Assembly: GCF_006345805.1 (NCBI RefSeq)
Contig: NC_043005.1
Span: forward strand, 13,516,001 to 13,580,000
Length of the DNA: 64,000 bases
Direction: 5' to 3'
Source: Octopus sinensis
Lineage: Eukaryota
In this document: in pieces, positions 24,809 to 35,220 of the stretch
Position numbering within the stretch: the first letter of the stretch is position 1
Layout: the number at the start of each line of letters is the position of its first letter
Notes under the pieces: generated by a model
What the model saw: the letters and a program-made list of their open reading frames with translations, nothing else
Databases searched by the model: none
What the model was told of the DNA's origin: nothing
Translations under genes and position numbers: made by a program

Positions 24809-26210
24809 ATGTGTGTGCGCAAAAAATCTAATTTTTACATACCTCTCTTAATTCCAAAAGACCCTCAACCACAACATATTGGGTTGTGTTTCTCATGAAA
24901 CATTAGTAGTGTCATAGGGCGGGGAAGGGGTGTTTATTTATTTAGGTTTTTTTTTTTTTTGGAAAAATTGAGATTTTACAAAATTTTTTTTTGCCGAGAT
25001 CCTAATCTCCGTATTTTTCTATGTATTTCGCCCCCATCCCCCCACAATTTTTTTTAAAAGGGAAAATTTGAGAAATGGGTGGGGGGGATAAGAATTTCGA
25101 AATGGTTTCTTTTTTTTTTTTTTTTTTCGCAGATTCGGAATCTCCGCCATCGATTTAGAGTATTCCCGCAAAAAAAAAGAAAAAAAAAAACTTCGCCAAA
25201 ATTCCCAAAGGGGGTGCGGTCCGTGATATTTACTTCCGCCCTATAAAGATCCGTTGGGAGAATTAGAAGAAAGTTCTCCGTTAATTTTCATTCATGTAAA
25301 TAAATGTTTATGTTAATTTAAGAATTTGCCAGCAAAATCTTATAAAATGACAATGTTCTAAAAGATGTACATTTGATCCTCGGTTTTGGCTGTTGTTTCT
25401 AGCTCGTCAGATTTCCTGTTGGGGTGTACTTAAAAATTGAAGATTTTGAAAACCCCCAAAATACGTTTTCATTGTTTGCCCCTCTGGCAAAGAAAGAGAT
25501 GTACATATTTATATGTTATATATGAAAATAAAGCAAATTTAATGTTGTCAGAATATTATTATCATTGAACCATTCTACATATTTCAACGTGGTTGTCGTC
25601 CAACATGTGGCATTAATAAACATGAAAAGTGACAATGAACAAAAATTGAAACCGAAAGAAAATACTAAAGGTACTTTTTTTTATGGAGATAATCCATTAT
25701 TAGATCGATTTCCATCCAGCTGTCGCTCAATGATGTATCACACCTTGCGAAAACGTGAATCTGGATGCGAAACATCGAAATATATGTATCTATAAAGGTT
25801 TATGAATGACTAGCAGTATCGTCCGGCGTTGCTCGGGTTTGTAAGGGAAATAACTATATAAACATTTTTAGAGAGTTATAGCCAAAAAATGCATTAAAAA
25901 TGGAAAAAGAATGATGGTAATTTTTTTTTTAAATCGTAGACTCATCGTACCGCGCGCTAATACCCAGAAGGGCTCGATATGAATCACGACTATAAGATAC
26001 CCGGTTTTGGTTACACTGCACCGCAAAATGTGGGAGTAGTTAGGAATCTAAATCGTAGGAGACAGACACACAACTTGACTTTTATATATAAAGATAACAT
26101 TTACCTTGTGACATAGGAACATCCTGTGATTGAACAAATGAATTATCAATAGGTACATCATCATTTCCATCCACCTGTGCCATTCTAGTTTGGCTCCTAT
26201 TTTCCTCCAT
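700..26210 (-). CDS. SLC2A12: Class III facilitative glucose transporter (GLUT12/GLUT10-like, MFS sugar porter); 9 coding exons in window, 3' half off the left edge
   Basis: Hand-spliced exons join in phase with GT-AG sites: ...ALGGILFGYDI|GVISGALLQLRRDFQLSCDQQ...|GFLVDLLGRW...|VIGRLVLG...CVYISEISPA|KRRGQLVSLNE...HGW|RYMFG...LPQSPRYLV...|...|...FGLVTFQQ. The short loop 1 (LQL...LSC..Q) and CVYI.EI.P..RRG.LVSLNE match GLUT12/GLUT10 as I recall them. The gene is probably co-orthologous to both, so the symbol is approximate. Confidence 0.9.
821..1050 (-). mobile_element. tRNA-derived SINE B (GGCGGCGAGCTGGCAG head; CCTTTCATCCTTTCGGGGTCGATAAA core)
   Basis: Box A/B-like head; repeated at 7880-8257, 13020-13248, 16295-16535, 47723-48136. 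Confidence 0.85.
2180..2266 (-). CDS. SLC2A12: GLUT12-like exon 8 (AAAVLRRFHSEADMEEEINNIKTTIDQEK; cytoplasmic loop)
   Basis: ttaacag|GCT...AAG|gtgagt, 87 nt, phase 0-0. Confidence 0.9.
2410..2895 (-). mobile_element. SINE D ((GAT)n tail, GGAAGGGCATCCAGCTGTAGAAAC body) with a ~63-bp tandem unit x5
   Basis: Unit GGTGCTTTTTACGTGCCACCGGCACGGGGGCCAGG..; many other copies in the window. Confidence 0.8.
3559..3783. repeat. Foldback element, shorter copy of 46433-46783
   Basis: Same inverted arms and tail. Confidence 0.8.
3899..4314 (+). mobile_element. tRNA-derived SINE A (internal (TA)n/(TG)n, AAAAGAGT tail), full length with AGCTC TSD
   Basis: GAGTGGCTGTGTGGTAAG head with box-B-like GGTTCAGTCCC; TSD at 3894-3898 and 4315-4319. 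Confidence 0.88.
4796..4904 (-). CDS. SLC2A12: GLUT12-like exon 7 (RYMFGLSSVLAVLQILMMLFLPQSPRYLVLKGKEAQ; TM6, PESPR-type motif)
   Basis: aaacag|G AGA...CAG|gtagt, 109 nt, phase 2-0. Confidence 0.93.
5140..5665 (+). mobile_element. SINE D with diverged tandem units
   Basis: Family body and (GAT)n tail. Confidence 0.75.
7382..7593. mobile_element. piggyBac-type MITE
   Basis: TTAA-CCCTTT...AAAGGG-TTAA. Confidence 0.8.
7880..8257 (-). mobile_element. SINE B, tandem partial dimer
   Basis: Family match. Confidence 0.8.
8959..9062 (-). CDS. SLC2A12: GLUT12-like exon 6 (KRRGQLVSLNEFGITIGLVLSYLINFLYINVAHG-W; TM5)
   Basis: ttttcag|AAA...GGATG|gtgagt, 104 nt, phase 0-2. Confidence 0.93.
9160..9462. 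mobile_element. SINE A: plus-strand tail abutting a minus-strand head
   Basis: 9160-9290 tail (+); 9300-9462 head (-). Confidence 0.75.
9957..10040 (-). CDS. SLC2A12: GLUT12-like exon 5 (VIGRLVLGFAISVSSVAECVYISEISPA; TM4)
   Basis: cctccag|GTC...GCA|gtatgt, 84 nt, phase 0-0; GR...G and Y.SE.SP motifs. Confidence 0.93.
11195..11301 (-). CDS. SLC2A12: GLUT12-like exon 4 (GFLVDLLGRWITIVLNGFFFILGSLTIALAQSFTIL; motif A, TM3)
   Basis: ttttttcag|GT...TTG|gtaag, 107 nt, phase 1-0; absent from the ORF track. Confidence 0.92.
11385..11626 (+). promoter_or_regulatory. GC-rich promoter-like island with a plus-strand splice donor, in a GLUT intron
   Basis: TGACGTCA 11388-11395, CCGGAAG 11413 and 11429, GCGTGCGCA 11449, AAG|GTAGGT at 11622/11623. 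Confidence 0.3.
12038..12460 (+). mobile_element. SINE A
   Basis: Full family match. Confidence 0.85.
13020..13248 (+). mobile_element. SINE B
   Basis: Family match. Confidence 0.8.
13575..14070 (-). mobile_element. SINE A with a SINE D tail nested in its microsatellite
   Basis: Family match; insert at about 13810-13905. Confidence 0.8.
14960..15362 (-). mobile_element. SINE A
   Basis: Family match. Confidence 0.85.
15405..15615 (+). mobile_element. tRNA-headed SINE variant
   Basis: GGCCCAGTGGTTAGGGCAGCGGACTCG..GATTCCC head without a tRNA 3' acceptor stem. Confidence 0.65.
15745..16150 (-). mobile_element. SINE D
   Basis: Family match. Confidence 0.75.
16295..16535 (-). mobile_element. 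SINE B nested in a SINE C fragment
   Basis: SINE C sequence resumes on both sides (16200-16290, 16536-16570). Confidence 0.8.
18915..19031 (-). CDS. SLC2A12: GLUT12-like exon 3 (GVISGALLQLRRDFQLSCDQQSIVVSFLLLGAIIGALVS; TM2)
   Basis: ttttccag|GA...TCAG|gtaat, 117 nt, phase 1-1. Confidence 0.93.
19125..19560 (-). mobile_element. SINE D
   Basis: Family match. Confidence 0.75.
19638..20066. mobile_element. Second piggyBac-type MITE with a SINE D insertion
   Basis: TTAACTCTTTAGCATT...ACACTAAAGGTTTAA; (CAT)n-tailed SINE at about 19675-19875 inside. Confidence 0.55.
20345..20732 (-). mobile_element. SINE A
   Basis: Family match. Confidence 0.85.
20870..21263 (-). mobile_element. Non-autonomous Helitron, family H1
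   Basis: 5' TCTTTATATATAAAAG, 3' hairpin CCCGAGCAACGCCGGG plus CTAG, inserted between A and T. Confidence 0.85.
21310..21474 (-). CDS. SLC2A12: GLUT12-like exon 2 (..GISAPRTNEEYEM...TASTAALGGILFGYDI; TM1)
   Basis: aaatag|AT...ATAG|gtaagt, 165 nt, phase 1-1; sugar-porter GG.LFGYD motif. Confidence 0.93.
21543..22042. mobile_element. Two adjacent piggyBac-type MITEs (21543-21753, 21815-22042)
   Basis: Same family as 7382-7593; TTAA flanks and CCCTTT/AAAGGG TIRs. Confidence 0.8.
22190..22800 (+). mobile_element. SINE A with a nested ~190-bp repeat (22355-22545; also present at 18545-18770)
   Basis: Family match either side of the insert. Confidence 0.8.
23184..23541 (-). CDS. Candidate alternative first or cassette exon of the GLUT gene (...TTGRQKGMGK, phase 1)
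   Basis: Open frame in a GC-richer island ending AAAT|gtaaga, phase 1, in frame with exon 2; no recognisable homology. Confidence 0.3.
23914..25241. mobile_element. Non-autonomous DNA transposon with long imperfect TIRs
   Basis: GGGCAGAGGTAAAGATCATGGACCGCA.. versus ..TGCGGTCCGTGATATTTACTTCCGCCC; flanked by TATAAA on both sides; internal subterminal duplications. Confidence 0.75.
25810..26094 (-). mobile_element. Non-autonomous Helitron, family H1
   Basis: Same termini, A|T target. Confidence 0.85.
26105..26210 (-). CDS. SLC2A12: GLUT12-like exon 1 (MEENRSQTRMAQVDGNDDVPIDNSFVQSQDVPMSQ, phase 1)
   Basis: ATG at 26210 with an in-frame TAA 5 codons upstream. Donor CAAG|gtaaat is phase 1 and joins exon 21310-21474 in frame. 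Confidence 0.65.
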
Positions 26211-27926
26211 TTCTTCGCCTCCTTATCCGTTACCACCAAGTTATATGTTTCTGTGTTTATCTGTGTTCATACATTTATCCTAATGCATCTTGTATCACTT
26301 TACACGTTTCCATTTATTTGGTTCTTTTGTTCAAAGATATTACTTGACATTTCAACAGTTGCGAATTATGTAGAGATTTTTGTAATCAACCTGGCGACCT
26401 ATTCTTACATCAACATATTGACGCTTAACTCATTTCACTTGTCATTTCATGAGAATTGAGGTATATCTCGCTTCAATATTCTTTGTCATTAGCATGTAGA
26501 GGATTGTAAATTTGCAAAACCGGTTGTGACAGGCTAATTAAGCAGCTCATTCTTTTTTCTTTTTTATACTCCGAAATCAAATCATGCGGGCATTCACCTT
26601 AACCTTTTATTGCGGTCACCACACATACTTTGTATCATATGTATACTTTATCGCATTTCACTGATTTTTTTCCCCCTTTCTTTCTCCTTATCCTTTATGT
26701 AAATCTCTACACAAATTGTTGGCTCTCCTTGTGATGTCTGCCAAGTTCAAAAAAAAAAAATTGACCACTTATTTTCAGTGAAAACAGGTCAGTACGAAAA
26801 GGGTTTGGAAGAGCGACGAGGTGGTGGTAAAGGATTGGTTTTTGCCGCTACTATTCACCCTCATGATCAAACCGTAGTCTGCTTTATTAACAGTCGGGAT
26901 AATTTAGCTGGGTGTATGTCCCGCACTATGCACACGAGGGCTTCACTAAGTCGTCGCGGGTGGATTCCCAGTAAAAATAAAACATTCGGATGAGTCCCCG
27001 AAATAAGTATTCGGTTAAGGTTTAACTATTGAGTCGTACAACGACACTGCTTACTTCTATAATACATATTGTAAAGAAACGTGTCACAGATGTCTGAGTA
27101 TTCAACGGATCAACAGGCAGGATACTTATTTATACTGAAAGCTAAGTGTATTGTACATAAACAAACATTTCAGACGCTCCAGCGTATATGGATACGGGAG
27201 GGTATATGCGTATAAGTATACCTGAGAATGACGTGTGAATATATATGGATATGTGTGGGGGTTTTATATAGTATGTATTTAAAACATGCTTTTGTAGTTT
27301 GTAAATGTGGAGAAATTCGTCAGACAATATAACTGAAGGTAAATTCAACAATCATCCTCTCACTATAAAGGTGATCATTATTACAGGTAGAAAAGTAGTA
27401 ATAGTAGCAGTATAGGCACAAGGCCTGAAATTTTAGGGGCAGAATCTAGTCGGTTATATCGACCCCACCCCGTGCTCAACTGGTTTTTATTTTATCTATC
27501 TCGAAAGGATGAAGGGCAAAGTTGACTCTGGCGGAATTTGAACTAATCAATTGGTAGAATTAAACGTTGATGTGGTGAACAGAATCTTGGTGGGTGAGGA
27601 GGAGAGTGGATTGGTTTCAAATTTTGGCAGAAGGCTAGCAACTTGGCCGAATGGGTAAGCCCATTAGATCGACCCCCCCCCCACTGCTCAGCTGTGCGCA
27701 GGGGGTGGGAGCAAAATTAGTAATCGGGGCAAAATGAGTAACCTCTAATTTCTCGTTATTTTCTCCATATCTGTTTGAAATCATTACATTTCAGGTATTG
27801 CCTCATTATTTTGCACCGTTGCACCATCATAAGGTGTAAGAATTGGTCAGCATAGTGGTTGTTGTTGAAGTTGAGAGAGTCTGAAACGTAGTCAGGTGAC
27901 AGGTCATCGTTTTTCAAGAAAATTCG

Positions 27927-28341
27927 GATCTTTTCGGTTTGAACAGCAGTTTTTTCTAGCGGTGTCATGAAATTGTCACCCATAATTATGACCCTAGAAT
28001 CGATCTATTGCATTTCAATCTCTTTTGGGGTTAGGGTTAGGGCTGGGGGAAGGGTATCTTTTTTTCTTCACAAATGTAAATAAACCCAATCTGTTTCTTA
28101 AACGAGGGACATATTCATACGGCACAGAATGCTTTTTAACTCAATAGACGCTTGAAATTGGTTGAAATTGCAGAAATTGAAGAAAAAACAACAACAAATA
28201 TCTTACAAACTATAGAATTTTCTCAATAAAGCCAAGAGAAAAAGATGTTTTATAAACACATTCTACCAGTATACGAAGTTTAAAATTTTTTAGTTACCTA
28301 GAAATTATGTTAAAAACTGCCGGTCAAACCGAAAAGATCCG
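27927..28341. mobile_element. MITE with TIR GGATCTTTTCGGTTTGAAC(G/A)GCAGTTTTT
   Basis: Inverted termini; near-identical second copy at 49767-50190. Confidence 0.8.
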
Positions 28342-29553
28342 AAAATTCTCCTCAACTTTGAACTAATTATTATTGAGGTTGATAAAATATCTAGATAATA
28401 TTTGGTGTTTAACAATCAATATTCATTTCCCCGTTGAATTCCTAGTCAATTTTTTCCCACATGAATATCTAATTTGATAATTTTCAAATTTCAAAAAATG
28501 ATGTCTAAAATAGTGTAAAATAAGTAATGACTAATTTCACTAAATTCTTCTCTTTAACTGCAAGGTGTGTAAATATATCACGAATTGAGGACACTCCAGC
28601 AGACTATGAAGAAGCTATAGCGAATATCTTATGCTGAGTTTTATTTTTATTTAGTCCAGTTTCGTTAATTTAATATCATGTGACATTTCCCCCCTGATCT
28701 TCTTTCATTTGACCGAAATGTTTTAAATTCTTTTTATTTTTTTCCTTTCCGATCTTTTTGATGTCTAGGGATGGATATTGATGTGCATGAGTTTGATTTC
28801 TGGAGAACTGAAGCAACAAATTTACCTTATCTCGGCTTATTCATTTTACCCTAGCCAAATTTGTTTTTTATAAGCTCAAAAAGAAAGACGATAATTTTCT
28901 GAAATTGTGACCAGATTATGTTAATAATGCTTTTAATGCATTTAGAGAAGGCCATTTGCTTAGTTGATATAGTTTTTCTTAAGTAGTGTACATTTGTAAT
29001 ATATATTATATAAAATCCGTTCTGTGTGTGTCTTCTAGGATCTCGGGCATCCTCCATCCTATTGCGCTCAAATTTGATATGTAGATACCGACGGTATCAG
29101 GGCGTGTATAAGTCTTGAAAGAATTACAAAAATCGATTCCAGGTGAGAATGCGATCGATAAAGCCGTGGGAACGTTCATTTGTACGCGCAAGTACATCAG
29201 CTGTTATATAAAATCCGTTTTGTCTGTCGGAAATTATTTTGCCTTAACTTCGTTTCTTTCCTGCCAAGCTTACTATTTAAACCATGCTTGCGTTCTCCCA
29301 GTCAACAGCCTTATCATTACTAGTACTTTAAACTCTTCGGTTGCATATTTGTGTGAATAAAATCGTTTTTCTTTGGAATAGAAAAAAAGTCTATCTTTAT
29401 TTCTTCTTTTGCTGGAGTCTCAAATTTAGGTTAAATCAGTGTTTCTCAAAGGGGTGGCCTATGGGATGGTCGGACAAGTTGTTTTGAGAAAATTTGGTTT
29501 AAATGTTTGACAAATCAGCACCGTCCATTGGATGGGGGGGGGGCGTTTTGTTC

Positions 29554-29627
<74 letters not shown>

Positions 29628-29664
29628 TATACACACACACACACACACACGCATATATATATAT

Positions 29665-29918
29665 CATCCTCATCATCGTTTAACGTCTGCTTTCCATGCT
29701 AGCATGGGTTGGACGATTTGACTGACGACTGGCGAACCAGATGGCTGCACCCGGCTCCAATCAGATCTGGCAGAGTTTCTACAGCTAGATGCCCTTCCTA
29801 ACGCCAAGCAATCCGAGAGTGTAGTGGGTCCTTTTACGTGCCACCGGCACAGAAACCAGTCAGCTGCTCTGGCAGCGATCACACTCAGATGGTACTTTTA
29901 GCGCTCCACTGGCACGGG

Positions 29919-29920
<2 letters not shown>
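29665..29920 (-). mobile_element. SINE D
   Basis: Family match. Confidence 0.75.
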
Positions 29921-29955
<35 letters not shown>

Positions 29956-29957
<2 letters not shown>

Positions 29958-30312
29958 GTAAGTAGCTTGCTAACCAACCACATGGTTCCGGGTTCAGTCC
30001 CACTGCGTGGCACCTTGGGCAAGTGTCTTCTGCTATAGCCCCGGGCCGACCAATGCCTTGTGAGTGGATTTGGTAGACGGAAACTGAAAGAAGCCTGTCG
30101 TATATATGTATATGTGTGTATGTGTTTGTGTGTCTGTGTTTGTCCCCCTAGCATTGCTTCACAACCGATGCTGGTGTGTTTAGCGGTTCGGCAAAAGAGA
30201 CCGATAAAATAAGTACTGGGCTTACAAAGAATAAGTCCCGGGGTCGATTTGCTCGACTAAAGGCGGTGCTCCAGCATGGCCGCAGTCAAATGACTGAAAC
30301 AAGTAAAAGAGT
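29956..30312 (+). mobile_element. SINE A
   Basis: Family match. Confidence 0.85.
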
Positions 30313-30451
30313 ATATATATACCGGAGTAAACACATAAATGTGAAACAAGGTGGAAAAAAAGAGTACTCAAATACCAGTGGTAGAGTAATATGCTTTATT
30401 TAAAGCAGCAGAAAATTCTACAAAACCTGTTACTCTGAGTTTCACGTTGAC

Positions 30452-30486
30452 CTGATGAACGTCAACGTGAAACTCAGAGTAACAGG
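30452..30486 (+). ncRNA. Hammerhead core in the loop and right arm of a 58-bp palindrome
   Basis: CTGATGA-ACG TCAA CGT-GAAA-CT CAG AG-TA-ACAGG; the 5' strand of stem I is not present in this copy. Confidence 0.5.
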
Positions 30487-30517
30487 TTTTGTAGAATTTT
30501 CTGCTGCTTTAAATAAA

Positions 30518-30590
<73 letters not shown>

Positions 30591-30904
30591 AATACATATA
30601 AAATACACAAATATACATACATATACACACACAGGCAAATCGTACATATTAATCACATGTGCAAAAAACATGAAGAACAACATTGAACAGTATATCACAT
30701 TACTTTGGATTATCATGCTTCGTATAGATCAGTAAGTGCATCCTAACGTAATATACTACCATTTTTAACAAGACCAACAGTAATGTTGTTATAACGGTAA
30801 TACTAAACAACGTAACAAAATTCATGAAGCAAGGTACCAAGTATAAAAGTTCACACTTGCACACACACAATCGAAACGAAATCGGAATCGAAATTGAACC
30901 AATC

Positions 30905-31260
30905 CTATGACTGGCACCCGGCAGATGCCAGGACCCCTGGACTGGTGGTACGTAAAAAGCACTATCCGAATCGTGGCCGAAGCCAGTGCCGCCTCGACTG
31001 GCTTCCGTGCCGGTGGCACGTAAAATGCACCAATCCGACCGTGGCCGTTGCCAGCCTCGCCTGGCACCTGTGCAGGTGGCACGTAAAAAGCACCCACTAC
31101 ACTCACGGAGTGGTTGGCGTTAGGAAGGGCATCCAGCTGTAGAAACACTGCCAGATCAGACTGGAGCCTGGTGCAGCCCCTGACTTCCCTGACCCCGGTC
31201 GAACCGTCCAACCCGTGCTAGCGCGGAAAACGGACGTTAAATGATGATGATGATGATGAT
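30905..31260 (+). mobile_element. SINE D
   Basis: Family match with (GAT)n tail. Confidence 0.8.
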
Positions 31261-31694
31261 ATATACACATGCACAAACAAGATATTTGCGTATGAATATA
31301 TTATACAAACAAAATCTAAATAGTACGTAGCGCATCCGCCAACACGCAAAGGCTAAATTCAAGTATCCAAAACTTTCAGTCCGAATTACAAATCCCGGTA
31401 AGGTCCATTCCACAAAATATAAGCCCCGTTATATGCATATTAGATTTCACAATGTTTACATTCCTATTGTATGGATATTAAAGTATATATCCGCAAAATC
31501 AAATAAATTTAGTTTTTAAAAAAGTAGTAGCAACTAAACTCCGTGTCCCAGTTAAATTTAGTCCAAGGTTTGCGTTGAAGTATGGATATTAAATATATAA
31601 TGATAAATTTAGTCCCAGTTGCGTACAGGTGTCGATCTAATCGACTGGTCCCATCCCTCAAAATTTCGGGCCTTGTGCCTAGAGTAGAAAAGAA

Positions 31695-31902
31695 TATAAA
31701 GATAGATAAGGCTGGTCTATGGGATTACCCTGGGTTTCCTGTCCATAAAGTGCTTAGCTTTTCTGTGTATCATCTGATCCCAAAACCTGCTACAGAGGCC
31801 ATATGGCAACAGGTTTTAGGGTCTGATAATACGCTGTAAAGCTAAGCGTTTTATGGACATGGAACCCAGGGTAATCCCATAGGCTGGCCTTTTCTGTCTT
31901 TA
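31695..31902. repeat. Foldback MITE-like palindrome (~90-bp imperfect arms)
   Basis: ..CTATGGGATTACCCTGGGTT..CAAAACCTG / CAGGTTTTAG..AACCCAGGGTAATCCCATAG.. Confidence 0.7.
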
Positions 31903-32279
31903 TATATGTATATGGTTGAGTACGACAATAGAAACTCTCACGCCAATTTGGACATAAGAGCATCCAGTTGTTTCATCTACTGGACAACCTGCTCATTCAG
32001 TCAGCATGGAAAGTGCCTGAGTATTTCATCTATACATGTATACTCAATGTGATTCTCTGGTACAATCAGTGTGACAAGGCTAAACTTCTGAATTGCAAAT
32101 ACAAGACAACCAACAGGTTTTCTACACAATTTCCATCTACCCTGAATTCACTTATAGTCTCAACTCAAGCCCAATGTAAAAGCATTTGACAATGACCTCA
32201 CACACTAGGATTAAACCTGATACTTTGTTATTATGAAGCAAACCTATAATCATATAACCAGTCACCAATGCCAAGTACA

Positions 32280-32795
32280 TGCATGTACGTATATTATTAT
32301 AAAGTGACACTAAGGTACAAATATATGAAGCCCAATATACCCATCATGACTATCAGTCTGACAAGCATACACCAGGCACGTGCATCATAACCATATGTGC
32401 GCAAAATGTTAATCTCAAAATGGTAATCTCAGCGCATGACCTTGAAGGTAAGTCTCAGAAATTTTTTCGGGTTGAGTAGCCCATCCCACTCAAAAGGTAC
32501 CTGAATAAGGGTTGTTTAAGGACAATGAATAAAACACCTATGTTTCTTGGGGTGAATTATCCAAACTCCAAAGAATTCCCCTCAGCACATGACTACTCCA
32601 GCTCGTGATCAGAGATGCACATATCGTCAGCCGCTAAGGGTTATGCTCAACTAGTTAAGATCAAACAACTGACAAGCAAATCTGTGGTACTGAGCAGAAT
32701 ATTTGCTGTAGCCTATCTTTTATACCAAGACAAAACAATGTATATGATAACACTTCTAATCAGTTAAGATCAGAAGCCATGAGAATCACTGTGTG
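32280..32795 (-). mobile_element. Reverse copy of the 63197-63800 element
   Basis: Reverse-complement match across ~500 bp. Confidence 0.7.
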
Positions 32796-33229
32796 TGTAT
32801 GGTGTGTGCGTGGGGGTGGGGATGAAGGGATGGTGCAAAAGTAAAACGCGGAGTAAAAACTTAGTCTCCTAGGTCGAACACAATTCAAACGCGCACTAAA
32901 ATTACTTAAACCAGGGGAGGTAACTCACGGATTACCTTACAGTTCATTTTTGTAAAAAAATACTTCTCTTTTAACGTTAGACAGGTAATTAAGAGTACAT
33001 TTGGTCGTCTTCAGAGAAGAAACCTGGTCGACTACATGTAGAAGAATGGGTTAAATGCATGAAAGGGCCAAGTGGCGCGTGAAACAGCGATCTTCTTTCC
33101 TTCGGACGATGTTTTAGCTTTCATTTTGTCTAGGACCACTTGTTATTCGTGAACAATATGTTCGGTAATTGTTCTTCATAACATAAAATTACTTCGAATT
33201 ATAAGCCTTCTAGCGGCCGGAAATTCTTC

Positions 33230-33493
33230 TTGCTATGCACCGCCTTTAGTCGAGCAAATCGACCCCAGGCTTCTTTATAAAAGGCACTTGTACTGGTGAC
33301 ACGTAAAAGGCACTAATGCCACTGACATGCAAAACGTACCCATACCAGTGACACATAGAAGGCACTTGTGCCAGTGGCATGTAAAAGGCAGTTATTCTAT
33401 CGGTCTCTTTTGCCGAACTGCTAAGTTACGGGGACGTAAACACACCAGCATCGGTTGTCAAGCGATGTTGGGGGACAAATACAGACACACAAA

Positions 33494-33534
<41 letters not shown>

Positions 33535-33680
33535 GACGGGATTCTTTCAGTTTCCGTCTACCAAATCCACTCACAAGGCTTTGGTCAGCCCGAGGCTATA
33601 GTAGAAGGTACTTGCCCAAGGTGCCACGCAGTGGGACTGAACCCGTGGTTTGTAAGCAAGCTACTTACCACACAGCCACT
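33230..33680 (-). mobile_element. SINE A with an insertion near its 3' end
   Basis: Family match. Confidence 0.75.
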
Positions 33681-33929
33681 CCCTACGCCTATGCCGTAAT
33701 AAGAGGATTGTATCTTTATAAAGTATGACAGCCCTTGGGGTATACTATACTGGTTATACTTTCGTAAAACCAAACATCCTTTCAATGAACAATAGCGATG
33801 TCAGTGTTCTAATAGGAATTTTAAATAAATGAAACGTGTTGTTACACGCAATGATAATTTTACACAAGTAAAGGTAATATTGTTGACGCATAGCAAGAAG
33901 AAGTATGGGAACATTTTATGTATCACCAG

Positions 33930-34250
33930 CACAAGTGCCTTTTACATGTCAGCAGCAAAGGTGCCTTCTATGTATCTCTGGTATGGGAACGTTTTACATG
34001 TCACCAGCACAGGTGCCTTTTACGTGTCACCAGTACAAGTGCCTTTTACATGCCACTTGGCACAAGTGCCTTCTATGTATCTCTGGTATGGGAACGTTTT
34101 ACATGCCACCAACACATGTGCCTTTTACGTGCCACCAGTACAAGTGCCTTTTATACGCTACTGGCAGCGGTGCCTTCTACGTGTCATCGGCAAGGGCACT
34201 TTCTATGTGTCACCAGCATGGATACCTTTTACGTGTCACTGGTACGGATG
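33930..34250. repeat. Degenerate minisatellite related to SINE D tandem units
   Basis: Repeated CACCAGCACAAGTGCCTTTTAC(G/A)TG. Confidence 0.6.
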
Positions 34251-34690
34251 CCTCACAGTTCAAATTTCAGTATTTATTTGAACAGCAAGTGAACAAAAGA
34301 TCAATAAAAATGATGATACTCATTAATACATTACAGAAGATCTGACCAAGAGATTTGCTTTTTGGAAAACTCCAACAGAAAGGACACAACACATGCTAGA
34401 ATAGGAAGTGTTTTTAAAACAGTAAAAATAATTCACATATTTCAAAGCAACACATGACATTCTAATTGCTGTTTATTGTAATTACATGAGAAATATTGTG
34501 CTTTAGATATGTTGGAATCTATTAGTATTCCACAAAGAACTACCCATATCCTGTCTAGTTGTAATCAAGGCATGAATGAAAATTACACAATGTGACAGAG
34601 ACATGCTTATTATTTAAAGAAGTTATATATATATATATATATATATATGTAATATGTGACAATTATTTGGTAGCCAAGATCTGGATGACC

Positions 34691-34751
34691 AGATAACTGA
34701 AGAGATGGTAGTGTGGATTTCCACCTCGGCATCCGAAACTCAGTTTTATCT
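34691..34751 (+). ncRNA. Minimal type-I hammerhead ribozyme-like motif
   Basis: AGATAA-CTGAAGA-GATG..GTGG ATTT CCAC..CATC-C-GAAA-C TCA G-TT-TTATCT: exact core, 6-bp stem I, extended stem II, 2-bp stem III. Confidence 0.7.
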
Positions 34752-35220
34752 TGGCTACTGAATAATTGTCACATTTTACATTTACAGATAAATTCCTCTA
34801 TTTACATAATATTGAGGTCTCTTTCTTTCTTTTGTTATCTTACCGTTTTTACCAATATATATATATATGTATATCATCATCATCATCATCAAGATTATTT
34901 ATATCAATGGAGACATGTAATTTATTTATTATTAAATATAATGAAATAAATTAGTTTTGCCTGCTTTAAGTTACGAAACAAATTGTTGTGATATATGAAT
35001 TCTCCAATGATTAAATATATTTCATCATACTATACTATGCCAATATCCAACCTATGCCGCCATGGAAAATGGATGTTAAATAATGAATAATATATAATAT
35101 ATATATATGATGTATATATAGTTAATCCAAACATGGAAACACAAAGAGAAAACACAACAACGCGAGGACGTGGAACAAATATAGTATTATTGGACTCTCA
35201 GGAAAGGAAAGGAAGAAGGA

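Noticed and set aside
27780-27900. Plus-strand exon-like patch after ..atttcag
   Set aside because: All frames close within ~60 nt and no partner exons were found.
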